From Synergistales bacterium (GTDB lineage: Bacteria; Synergistota; Synergistia; Synergistales; JAFGMB01), in contig OY762654.1 in the NCBI GenBank assembly GCA_963666205.1, forward strand, positions 960,001-1,024,000: DNA of 64,000 nt, read 5' to 3'. The notes beneath the pieces are model-generated. The model made no database searches and was not told the origin of the DNA. It saw only the letters and a program-made list of their open reading frames with translations. A program made the translations under genes and the position numbers. The number at the start of each line of letters is the position of its first letter. Positions within the stretch are counted from its first letter, which is position 1. Positions 31,039-39,574 of this stretch are shown here, in pieces.

Positions 31039-32214
31039 ATGAAAAAGCTCACGTCCAGAGATCCCCTTTTTAAAATTGCCCTTGTTTCCCTTGGACATTT
31101 TATAAACGACAGTCACGGAAATTTTCTTTCAGTGTTCCTTCCTTCAATAGTAGGGAGGCTGGGACTGTCCCTTACCCAGGCTGGATTTCTGTCTTCCATA
31201 CCAGGAATAATGCACATCCTTGCGCAGCCGATCCTCGGCTACCTGTCGGACAGGACATCCAGCTCATACATGATCATAATCGGCCCATTTATTACAGCAC
31301 TTGGAGCATCGCTGCTGCCCGGGGCAGCCAATTATCCCCTGGCCCTGCTGTTCGTGGCTCTATGGGGACTGGGAAGTGCAACTTTTCATCCCCAGGCTAA
31401 TGGTGCCATAGGCTATCTGGGCGGAACTGAAGGCCTTGCCTTCAACCTCTCTCTCTTTTCCCTTGCCGGGATGCTTGGCTTCACCATAAGCCCCATATAC
31501 GCCATTTCCCTGTATAAGGCTCTTGGAACGGTACTTATGCCCGTGGTTACAATTATCCCCGTATGTATTACGGCCCTGCTCTTTTACAGATTTGTGCCTG
31601 TCATCAAGGACCCCGGGAACTATCCCGATTCTCCTGACAGAAATATTATCAGGGCCCTTCATAACGTCCTGAAAAAGATCATTCGTGTGTGGGCTCTATC
31701 CTATGCCAGAGACGTCACTCTGCAGGGATTCAAGTTCCTCCTTCCCCTCCTTATTGCATCAAGGGGAGGCGGGATCGAAAAGATCGGGTCAATCCTTTTT
31801 GCAATTACCCTTTCTTCAGCAGTTATGCCCCTGGCTGCGGGCAGACTGTCCCTTAAGATAGACAAGACAAAACTGACCCTCATATGCATAGGTGCCGCTC
31901 CATTCTTCCTCATTCCGGCAGTTATGACCAGCGGTTTTGTTTCTCTGTTACTTCTGATGGCCGGCAACGGGCTTCTCGAAGCTACAAATCCTCTGACTAC
32001 AGCCTGTGCCCAGGATCTGGCTCCAGGATCAAGGAGTATAGCCAGTTCTCTTATTATGGGTCTCTGCTGGGGGCTCGGCGGACTGACAGTAGCACTGATA
32101 GGGCTTGCTGCGGATATTTTCGGGATAACTCATACCATGATAGGAGTATCCCTTCTGCCCCTCATACCCTTCCCCTATTATCTCAAAGGAGCAATAGCCT
32201 CCCTCAGAAAGTAA
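31039..32214 (+). CDS. MFS transporter (Fsr-like), tandem paralogue of the upstream gene
   Basis: GHFIND, QPILGYLSD, GSATFHP and AQDLAP motifs. Confidence 0.88.
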   Translation: MKKLTSRDPLFKIALVSLGHFINDSHGNFLSVFLPSIVGRLGLSLTQAGFLSSIPGIMHILAQPILGYLSDRTSSSYMIIIGPFITALGASLLPGAANYPLALLFVALWGLGSATFHPQANGAIGYLGGTEGLAFNLSLFSLAGMLGFTISPIYAISLYKALGTVLMPVVTIIPVCITALLFYRFVPVIKDPGNYPDSPDRNIIRALHNVLKKIIRVWALSYARDVTLQGFKFLLPLLIASRGGGIEKIGSILFAITLSSAVMPLAAGRLSLKIDKTKLTLICIGAAPFFLIPAVMTSGFVSLLLLMAGNGLLEATNPLTTACAQDLAPGSRSIASSLIMGLCWGLGGLTVALIGLAADIFGITHTMIGVSLLPLIPFPYYLKGAIASLRK

Positions 32215-32250
32215 GAGAAAGAGAGGAACGGGGCAGAACCTCTCTTTCTC
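32215..32250. terminator. Hairpin between the MFS pair and the convergent small ORF
   Basis: GAGAAAGAGAGG / CCTCTCTTTCTC inverted repeat; T tail weak. Confidence 0.6.
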
Positions 32251-32321
32251 CTGGAGACGATCAAAATTTGGGGGATTGACCGTTCACATCTTGATTAGCA
32301 GAAAATGGATCAGGATAAAAC

Positions 32322-32549
32322 CTACCTGTAGCCCTCGAAGGGACCTCTCCAGCGAACTTTTCCAAGATCAAAGGAATCAAACTGTTCATAGGAATCTCTT
32401 GATGGATCAGATTCTTCAACAAAAGATCTTGACGGATTAAATCGGCCTGCGGGTTTCCATTCGGATTTCATAATTATCTCCCCTTCCGGAAATATGGATT
32501 CCTTCCACAAAAACACTTTTCCCCTGTTCCCGACACTCTTAAACAGCAT
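32322..32549 (-). CDS. Small hypothetical protein (75 aa, or 49 aa from ATG 32471) downstream of the attenuator
   Basis: SD AGGAG before ATG 32549 and GGGGAG before ATG 32471; no recognised domain. Confidence 0.5.
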   Translation of the reverse strand: MLFKSVGNRGKVFLWKESIFPEGEIIMKSEWKPAGRFNPSRSFVEESDPSRDSYEQFDSFDLGKVRWRGPFEGYR

Positions 32550-32564
32550 CTGTACTCCTGCAGC

Positions 32565-32654
32565 AAAAAAAAAGAGCCGGAATCCTTTAAAGGATCCCGG
32601 CTCTGGCTCTACTCGTACAGCAGACTAGCTGCCGACCGACCCAGAGAGGGATCC
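32565..32654 (-). terminator. Attenuator: terminator hairpin with a mutually exclusive antiterminator
   Basis: Terminator GAGCCGGGATCCT-TTAA-AGGATTCCGGCTC + T9; leader segment GGATCCCTCTCTGG is complementary to CCAGAGCCGGGATCC overlapping the terminator 5' arm. Confidence 0.85.
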
Positions 32655-32717
32655 GCAGATAATAATAACGACTATTAGGACTAGGTTCAGTATAGAAACC
32701 AGACTGTTCATTTTCAC
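32625..32717 (-). CDS. ilvL-like branched-chain amino acid leader peptide (30 aa, MKMNSLVSILNLVLIVVIIICGSLSGSVGS)
   Basis: SD AAGGAGG 8 nt before GTG; 15 of 30 codons are Leu/Val/Ile, nine consecutive; directly followed by the attenuator. Confidence 0.78.
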   Translation of the reverse strand: MKMNSLVSILNLVLIVVIIICGSLSGSVGS

Positions 32718-32759
32718 TTTAGATCCCTCCTTCGGTTGAATATTTTCAATATTGCTGGA

Positions 32760-32788
32760 ATTGTATAATCCTTGAGAACCATTGTCAA
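32760..32788 (-). promoter_or_regulatory. Sigma70-type promoter for the leader peptide transcript
   Basis: TTGACA-N17-TACAAT on the minus strand. Confidence 0.8.
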
Positions 32789-32897
32789 GGCTTTTGAATA
32801 AATTTTCTGACAAAAGTCCAATTTATTGTTCTAATTTCCTTTTACCGCTGATGATCATTATTTTTGACTTATCGCAAAGGTGCTATAAAATAGCATT

Positions 32898-35771
32898 ATG
32901 ATGAAAAATAAATGGTTTCCTAATGAAGAATGGTTCAACAACGACGATGGTGAAGGAGGGCAGAAATTTCCTGCAAGACCCAGGATGCCCTTCAAAGTAA
33001 GCAGGCCGGTCTGGATAATCCTGCTGATAATAGCTGCTGTGATAGTAATTCTCCCTGCATTTGCCGATTTTTACACAGAACTTTTATGGTTCAGGGCTAG
33101 AGGCCTATCACAGGTTTTCTGGAAGAGACTCCTGCCTCAATGGGTGCTTTTTGGAGCAGCCGGACTGACAGCTCTTCTGGTTTACTGGTTCAATTTCAGA
33201 AAAGCTTTCAAGAATGCCCTGACCATGGCAAGTACCGATCTCCAGAACTTTTTGGGAAGGCGTTTTCCCGTTATCGTTCTCCTTGCAGTAGCTGCCGTAA
33301 TGGCAATAGCCAACGGACTTGCAACAAGAGGACAATGGGCAATGGTCCTCCGCTTTCTGCACAGGTCTCCCTTCAATCACGCAGATCCTATCTTTGGAAA
33401 GGATGTGGGCTTTTATATATTCAGTCTTCCCTTCCTATCCTTCCTCCAGGGATGGCTTCTCAATGTGGGTATCTTATCTCTTCTCGGATGCGGAGTGATC
33501 TATTTCCTTGCCCTCATGCCACAGTTTCAGCAGCAGGGGAAGATTCCCGTACCAAGAAAACTCCAGTTCCATCTCACCCTGGTGGGTTCTGTCATAATTT
33601 CTCTATGGGCGGCCGGTTACTGGATACAGAGGTATTACCTCCTCTACTCTCCCAGAGGTGTCGCTTTCGGAGCCAGTTACACTGATATCCACGCCGATCT
33701 TCTTGCCCTGAATGTAATGACCATCCTTACCCTTCTTGTGGCTCTCCTTCTTCTTTTAAGCCTTTTTCTCAAGAAGACATGGAAATTTTCTGTAGGTCTG
33801 GTGGTTGTCCTGGTTTTGACAAATGTTGTTCTCAGGGGCATCTATCCGGGACTTATTCAGAAATATGTGGTTGTGCCTAATGAATTCGGCAAGGAAATGC
33901 CCTATATAGAGCACAATATAAAAGCGACCCTGGATGCCTATAAACTTTCAGATCTGGAAACAGAAATGATAGTACCCGATGACCAGGTTGAGGTGGAACA
34001 GATAAACAGCAACTTCGACACCATCCATAACATCCGCCTTTGGGACTATCGGCCTCTTACAAGAACATACAAGCAGCTCCAGGAGATCCGCTCCTATTAT
34101 GATTTCCCCGATGTTGATATCGACAGGTACACTTTCGGAGATGAATACAGACAGGTCATTCTTGCAGCAAGGGAACTGGATCTCAAGGGTCTTCAGAATC
34201 CCACATGGGTCAATACCCACCTTGAATTCACCCATGGATACGGCATCGTGATGAACCCTGTAAACGAGGTAAGCCCCAGCGGTCTTCCCGTACTGTGGGT
34301 GAAGGACATACCACCGAATCTTTCCGTTCCGCTGGAACTGAACAGACCGGAGATCTATTATGGTGAAAAGGCCAGCACATATCTTTTCGTCAATACCACT
34401 GTAAAGGAATTCGACTATCCCATGGGCGAATCGAATGCCCGGACAACCTATGCCGGAAAGGGAGGCGTATCAATAGGCTCTCTTTTCAGAAGGCTTCTCT
34501 TTACTCTCAGTTTCGGCGATTCCAGGATCCTTTTCACTAATGTGTTTACCCCTGAAAGCAAGGTCATGTACCATATGAACATAAGAGAAAGGCTGCAGCA
34601 TGTCGCCCCCTTCCTTATGTACGACAGCGATCCCTACCTGGCAGTCATAAACGGAAGACTTGTCTGGATAATGGATGCATACAGTATTTCCGATCGTTAT
34701 CCCTATTCAGAACCTGTGTCCATAGCAGGAAATAATTCCACAGAATACGGCAGGATCAACTACATCCGCAACAGCGTCAAGGCAACAGTGGACGCCTACG
34801 ATGGTGATATGCATTTCTATATTGCAGATAAAACGGATCCCCTGATAAAAACATGGTCAGATATTTTCCCGGGGCTGTTCTCTCCCCTTGAAAAGATGCC
34901 TCCTGTCATGAAGGATCACCTGCGGTATCCCAAGGGACTCTTCGGAGTTCAGAGTGAGATCTACAGGACCTATCACATGACGGACCCAAACACCTTCTAC
35001 AACAAGGAAGATGTATGGGAGGTAATAAGCCAGGGAGATCGCCAGGATCGACTTGATGCCTATTACATGATAATGAGGCTGGCAGGAGAAGAGAAGGCGG
35101 AGTTTGTCCTTATTGCTCCCTTCATGCCCGTAGGAAGGGATAACATGATAGCATGGATGGCCGGCAGATCTGACGGAGAGAATTATGGTCAGCTCCTGGT
35201 CTACCGTTTCCCGAAACAGAAACTTATCTATGGACCATCCCAGATAGAGGCCCTGACCGACCAGAACCCGGAAATTTCCGCCCAGCTTTCTTTATGGAGT
35301 CAGCGGGGATCGGATGTAATAAGGGGGCACCTGCTGGTCATACCCATCGAGAACTCCCTCCTGTATGTTCAGCCCCTGTACCTGAGAGCTGAAACCAGTG
35401 ATCTGCCCGAACTCAAGAGGGTAATAGTTTCCACGGGAGGCAGGGTGGTCTGGGATACGACCCTGGATAAAGCCCTTGTTAAACTGATGGGACAGCAATA
35501 CCAGACAGGTGAAGAAAGAATATCGAGGACTGAAGTCACTCCTTCCTCTACCTATACAGGAGAAGAAGATATTTCCCGGCTTGCTGCCCAGGCACAGAAA
35601 TACTGGCAGACTTCACAGGAAGCCCTTAAAAATGCAGACTGGGAAACCTACGGCAGGGAAATGGCAAAACTGGAAAATGTGATCAGGAAGATGGCTGCTT
35701 TATCATCCATACCAGTGGATTCCGATAAGGATAAGGTCCCTGTCTCAATTGATCAGGAAATAACCCGCTAG
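32898..35771 (+). CDS. UPF0182 family membrane protein
   Basis: DPIFGKDVGFYIF, GASYTD, NIRLWD, DVDIDRY, HLEFTHGYG, NYIRNSVK and YVQPLY motifs. Confidence 0.93.
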   Translation: MMKNKWFPNEEWFNNDDGEGGQKFPARPRMPFKVSRPVWIILLIIAAVIVILPAFADFYTELLWFRARGLSQVFWKRLLPQWVLFGAAGLTALLVYWFNFRKAFKNALTMASTDLQNFLGRRFPVIVLLAVAAVMAIANGLATRGQWAMVLRFLHRSPFNHADPIFGKDVGFYIFSLPFLSFLQGWLLNVGILSLLGCGVIYFLALMPQFQQQGKIPVPRKLQFHLTLVGSVIISLWAAGYWIQRYYLLYSPRGVAFGASYTDIHADLLALNVMTILTLLVALLLLLSLFLKKTWKFSVGLVVVLVLTNVVLRGIYPGLIQKYVVVPNEFGKEMPYIEHNIKATLDAYKLSDLETEMIVPDDQVEVEQINSNFDTIHNIRLWDYRPLTRTYKQLQEIRSYYDFPDVDIDRYTFGDEYRQVILAARELDLKGLQNPTWVNTHLEFTHGYGIVMNPVNEVSPSGLPVLWVKDIPPNLSVPLELNRPEIYYGEKASTYLFVNTTVKEFDYPMGESNARTTYAGKGGVSIGSLFRRLLFTLSFGDSRILFTNVFTPESKVMYHMNIRERLQHVAPFLMYDSDPYLAVINGRLVWIMDAYSISDRYPYSEPVSIAGNNSTEYGRINYIRNSVKATVDAYDGDMHFYIADKTDPLIKTWSDIFPGLFSPLEKMPPVMKDHLRYPKGLFGVQSEIYRTYHMTDPNTFYNKEDVWEVISQGDRQDRLDAYYMIMRLAGEEKAEFVLIAPFMPVGRDNMIAWMAGRSDGENYGQLLVYRFPKQKLIYGPSQIEALTDQNPEISAQLSLWSQRGSDVIRGHLLVIPIENSLLYVQPLYLRAETSDLPELKRVIVSTGGRVVWDTTLDKALVKLMGQQYQTGEERISRTEVTPSSTYTGEEDISRLAAQAQKYWQTSQEALKNADWETYGREMAKLENVIRKMAALSSIPVDSDKDKVPVSIDQEITR

Positions 35772-35843
35772 TACGAGGAACCCGCAAACAGCAGGAAGAA
35801 AAGGGTTCTTTCCCTTTTCTTCCTTTTTTATGGAGGGATAAAA

Positions 35844-36956
35844 TTGGAAGACCCCAGATTGAGAAAACTGGCAGAAATGCTCATAAATTACTGCACGGAA
35901 CTCCAGAGGGGCGAAAACATCCTTATAGAGATCTCCGGAAAAGCCGAACCCCTCGGAAAAGCTCTTGTTGAAGAAGCCTACAAGGCCGGAGGCAACCCCT
36001 TCGTTACGATGAGACACGATCTCATACAGAAAGCCCTGCTAATGAAACTGGAGGAAAAACATGCCCGAACGATGGCCAGACACGATCTTGCCCTTATGAA
36101 GGATATGGATGCCTACATCGGAGTTAGAGCTACCCTTAACAAGAGTGAATTGAAGGATGTCCCGTCATCAGGAATGGCTGTTTTTCAGAAATACTACCTC
36201 GAACCTGTCCACAGCCGGGAAAGGGTCAATAATACCAGGTGGGTGGTACTTCGGTACCCCAGTGGATCCATGGCACAGTTGGCAAAAATGGGTACTGAAG
36301 AATTTGAGAATTTCTTCTTTGACGCATGCCTTGTGGATTACAGGAAAATGGAGGATGACCTTAAACCCCTTGTGGAGATCATGCAGAAAACAGATAAGGT
36401 CCTGATAAAGGGACCAGGCACAGAGCTGACATTTTCCATAAAGGACATTCCCGTTGTTCCATGTTTCGGCAAGATCAACGTACCTGACGGAGAGGTTTTT
36501 ACTGCCCCGATCAGGGATTCTGTCAATGGTATTCTGACATATAACACTCCTTCGGCATACCAGGGTTTCATTCATGAAAATATATCCTTTGAGTTCAGTA
36601 ACGGAAAGATCGTAAAAGCCACATCGAACAACAGCACGAGGCTTAATGAAATACTGGACACGGATGAGGGATCGAGATATATCGGGGAATTTGCACTGGG
36701 TGTAAATCCAAGGATCCTTCACCCCATGACAGATACTCTTTTTGATGAAAAGATAGCCGGAAGTTTCCATCTCACTCCAGGGAACTGCTATGAAGAAGCG
36801 CCAAACGGGAACAGATCTGCCATCCATTGGGATCTTGTATCTATACAGAGAAATGACTATGGCGGAGGAGATATCTATTTTGATGATGTACTTGTCAGGA
36901 AAGATGGCTCCTTCGTAATGGATGAACTCCAGAACCTCAACCCTGAAAACTGGTAA
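35844..36956 (+). CDS. Aminopeptidase, M29 (AmpS/AmpT) family
   Basis: NVPDGEVFTAP, GEFALG, LFDEKI, HLTPGNCY and SAIHWD motifs. Confidence 0.93.
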   Translation: MEDPRLRKLAEMLINYCTELQRGENILIEISGKAEPLGKALVEEAYKAGGNPFVTMRHDLIQKALLMKLEEKHARTMARHDLALMKDMDAYIGVRATLNKSELKDVPSSGMAVFQKYYLEPVHSRERVNNTRWVVLRYPSGSMAQLAKMGTEEFENFFFDACLVDYRKMEDDLKPLVEIMQKTDKVLIKGPGTELTFSIKDIPVVPCFGKINVPDGEVFTAPIRDSVNGILTYNTPSAYQGFIHENISFEFSNGKIVKATSNNSTRLNEILDTDEGSRYIGEFALGVNPRILHPMTDTLFDEKIAGSFHLTPGNCYEEAPNGNRSAIHWDLVSIQRNDYGGGDIYFDDVLVRKDGSFVMDELQNLNPENW

Positions 36957-36958
36957 AG

Positions 36959-37003
36959 ACAAGAGGGTGCAGTCGGCCTTGAAGGTCGACTGCACCCTCT
37001 TGT
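36959..37003. terminator. Hairpin between convergent genes
   Basis: ACAAGAGGGTGCAGTCG / CGACTGCACCCTCTTGT. Confidence 0.75.
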
Positions 37004-37027
37004 TAATTCATTTCGTGCCATTATCGA

Positions 37028-37903
37028 TCAGTTATTGATTTCACCCCTGGCAGCGAGGACTATACCAGCCATGATCATCAGGGCTCCGGCAACCGTGGTG
37101 AAGGTTAAAGCCTCCCCCAGGAAGATCATGGCAAGAAGAGTGCTTCCCACAGGCTCACCAAGAAGGCTGATGGCCACCATGGGGGCACTGAGGTATTTAA
37201 GTGCCCAGTTGTATGAGCTGTGTCCAAGTATCTGTGGAATAACAGCCATGGCTGGAAACATCAGCCATGTCATTGCGGAAAAACCGGTAAACCGGGTGCC
37301 TGTTAACAGAACTGCTGTCCAGAGGAACAACCCTGCCGAGCAGTAACATATGGTGATATAGGTCAGGAGAGAGAGTTTTCTTCTGAGAATTCTTCCTCCA
37401 AAGAGATAGCCGGTCAGGAAAAGGGCCCCCAGGATGGCAAGGATATCCCCATAGAAAGCTCCTCCTCCCAGCTGCAGGTCATTCCAGCCTATGACAGAAG
37501 CTCCTGAAAAACTGAGGAGAATCCCTGCAAAGGTCAATCTTGAGATCCTGTCTCCCAGAAGGGGGGCTATCATGGCCGCCCAGATGGGACTTGTGTTCAC
37601 AAGGACCACACTCGTCGCCACAGAAGTCTTTTCCAGGGAACTTATCCAGGTGAAGAAGTGGAGGGCAAGAAAAGCACCGGAAACAATACCCAGGATCCAG
37701 TCCTTTTTCTTAAGTAAAAGGAATTCCTGTTTCCTGCTCAATAAAGCCGCCGGCAGAAGCAGAAGCCCGGCGATCCCAACCCGGTATGCAGCAATCGCAA
37801 GGGGTGGAGCATCTGCAATCCGCGCAAAGATCGCTCCGGTTGAAATACACAATACTCCCAGGCATAGTACTCCGTAAATGGCACCCCTTTTTTCCTGTAT
37901 CAT
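37028..37903 (-). CDS. DMT/EamA family transporter
   Basis: HFFTWISSL..TSVA, PQILGH and GEPVG motifs; ATGA overlap with the upstream MFS stop. Confidence 0.9.
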   Translation of the reverse strand: MIQEKRGAIYGVLCLGVLCISTGAIFARIADAPPLAIAAYRVGIAGLLLLPAALLSRKQEFLLLKKKDWILGIVSGAFLALHFFTWISSLEKTSVATSVVLVNTSPIWAAMIAPLLGDRISRLTFAGILLSFSGASVIGWNDLQLGGGAFYGDILAILGALFLTGYLFGGRILRRKLSLLTYITICYCSAGLFLWTAVLLTGTRFTGFSAMTWLMFPAMAVIPQILGHSSYNWALKYLSAPMVAISLLGEPVGSTLLAMIFLGEALTFTTVAGALMIMAGIVLAARGEINN

Positions 37904-39048
37904 AAGGACCCTTTCTTTCTGTGGAAGTGAAGCCATATAAGATGCATCAGGCTTGCGAGGATAACGGACCCTATAGCCATCAATCTATATGCAAGGACGA
38001 TGCCTCCCAGTGAAGAAACATAACCTATGTAAAGGGGAAGGAGGAACCAGCTCAGATCCATGAAAAAAAGGATAAAGGAGGTTATCTTGGGCCTCAGGTA
38101 AACGGGGACAAGGTCTCCTGCAAGGGAAAGAAGGGCCGGGAAACCATAGCCCACTCCCAGACCGTAGATAAAACCGGTCAAGGCAAGTAAAACATTGTTT
38201 CTGACCATTGTCGCCATAAAAAGAGCTACTCCCATACAGAACAGGGATGGCCCCATAAGAAGGATCCTGGGAGTCCTGTTGAAGAAGCTCCGGCCCGCCA
38301 TCCTGATAAAAATGGATCCCCCTGCAAAGGCTACCATAAAAAATGAAGGGCTTAATCCCAGATGGAAGGTCAGGCTGGATATGTAAATGATAGAAGCATC
38401 GCCAAAGGCGAAAAAAAGGACTGTCATGGAAAGTATTCCCAGGGGGGCTTCCCTGATCAGATCAGTATAACTGCCCCAGGCCTGATCCTGGGCACCCCTT
38501 ACTCCACTCACTTTATCCAGGGAAAATGCAAGAAATGTACATACTCCTCCCATAAGGGCAGGCAGCATCAGGTAAATAACGAAGTTTTCTGAACTGATGA
38601 GCATGTCGCACACAGGCATAAGGGTAAACATGGGACAGATACTGCCTATGGTGGTAACGGCAAAAGAGGCACCCCTTTCTGAATCGGGAACCATAATATT
38701 CTGGTATGCCGTAAGTCCTACCATGAATATGCCGAAGGAAAGTCCCATAACCAGGCGGAGGAAAAAGAGAGGTAAAAAGACCATAGGTGCAAGTATGAGG
38801 CCAATACCGCTGGAAAGGCCAAGAAAACCGGCTATTATGAGGGATCTTCTTACACCCAGATTCTCCATGAGCATTCCTGCAAAGGGTTTGACCAGAGTTG
38901 AAGAGGCATAGAATGCACCTATTACCCATCCTGTAAGGTGTGTGGGGAAACTATGAAAGGTAAGATAGGGTGCAAAAAAGAAAAATATGGTAGAAAAACC
39001 GAAAATTGCATAGTTCCCTGCAAAGAGCTTAAAAAGGGTATTGGTCAA
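37900..39048 (-). CDS. MFS transporter
   Basis: About 12 hydrophobic segments; LRLVMG and ERG motifs; TTG start with SD. Confidence 0.82.
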   Translation of the reverse strand: MTNTLFKLFAGNYAIFGFSTIFFFFAPYLTFHSFPTHLTGWVIGAFYASSTLVKPFAGMLMENLGVRRSLIIAGFLGLSSGIGLILAPMVFLPLFFLRLVMGLSFGIFMVGLTAYQNIMVPDSERGASFAVTTIGSICPMFTLMPVCDMLISSENFVIYLMLPALMGGVCTFLAFSLDKVSGVRGAQDQAWGSYTDLIREAPLGILSMTVLFFAFGDASIIYISSLTFHLGLSPSFFMVAFAGGSIFIRMAGRSFFNRTPRILLMGPSLFCMGVALFMATMVRNNVLLALTGFIYGLGVGYGFPALLSLAGDLVPVYLRPKITSFILFFMDLSWFLLPLYIGYVSSLGGIVLAYRLMAIGSVILASLMHLIWLHFHRKKGSL

Positions 39049-39154
39049 TATAACCTCTCCTCAAAGGATGTTCCGGGAAGGATCAGCCTCTAGACAAAGA
39101 TCTGCAGAACCCAGCCTGAATAGCTGATCAGATATGTTTATTGGTAGAACCTTT

Positions 39155-39409
39155 TCATCTCCAGACAAACTGGAGAAAACACAATCCGGCCAGGTATCCC
39201 AGGCCAGCCTGAAGGGAATTACAGAAGAACAGAACCCCTTCCAGGAAAAGGAAATATCCAAGTGCTCCAAAAGCTGCAAGGGCATAAGGGTCTTTCTTTC
39301 GAAGTTTTTCAAGATATGTCCGTCGATATATCACCTTTGCCGGTATCAGGCCGAACATGGCACCTATGGGGAAAGCCAGGAGAAATAGTGTCAAGCCCAT
39401 CATCTCCAT
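39155..39409 (-). CDS. Possible small membrane protein
   Basis: 84 aa with hydrophobic segments, co-oriented with neighbours and filling an intergenic gap; SD weak. Confidence 0.45.
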   Translation of the reverse strand: MEMMGLTLFLLAFPIGAMFGLIPAKVIYRRTYLEKLRKKDPYALAAFGALGYFLFLEGVLFFCNSLQAGLGYLAGLCFLQFVWR

Positions 39410-39500
39410 CCGAAAGGATATCAGAGTGCCTTAAATATTCCTTTCATCCCCAGTATAGTCATGGAGGACCTTTTTTTCAAACAGTCCGGTAAAAGTTCGT

Positions 39501-39540
39501 AAAAAGAGAATGGAGGACGCTGCAGGCGTCCTCCATTCTC
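39501..39540 (-). terminator. Intrinsic terminator after the SNF transporter
   Basis: GAGAATGGAGGACGC / GCGTCCTCCATTCTC with T5 on the minus strand. Confidence 0.8.
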
Positions 39541-39574
39541 CATGGCGTAGATAAGAAGAAATACTCAGGTAGAC

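Noticed and set aside
32625-32717. Type I toxin (Ibs-like) reading of the hydrophobic peptide
   Set aside because: Disfavoured but not excluded: the hydrophobic run is purely L/V/I, the coding region pairs with the terminator arm and no antisense promoter was seen
32718-32813. N-terminal extension of the listed 62-aa ORF 32625-32813
   Set aside because: It spans the promoter and SD; the likely start is GTG 32717
36168-36995. 275-aa minus-strand ORF
   Set aside because: Antisense shadow of the aminopeptidase
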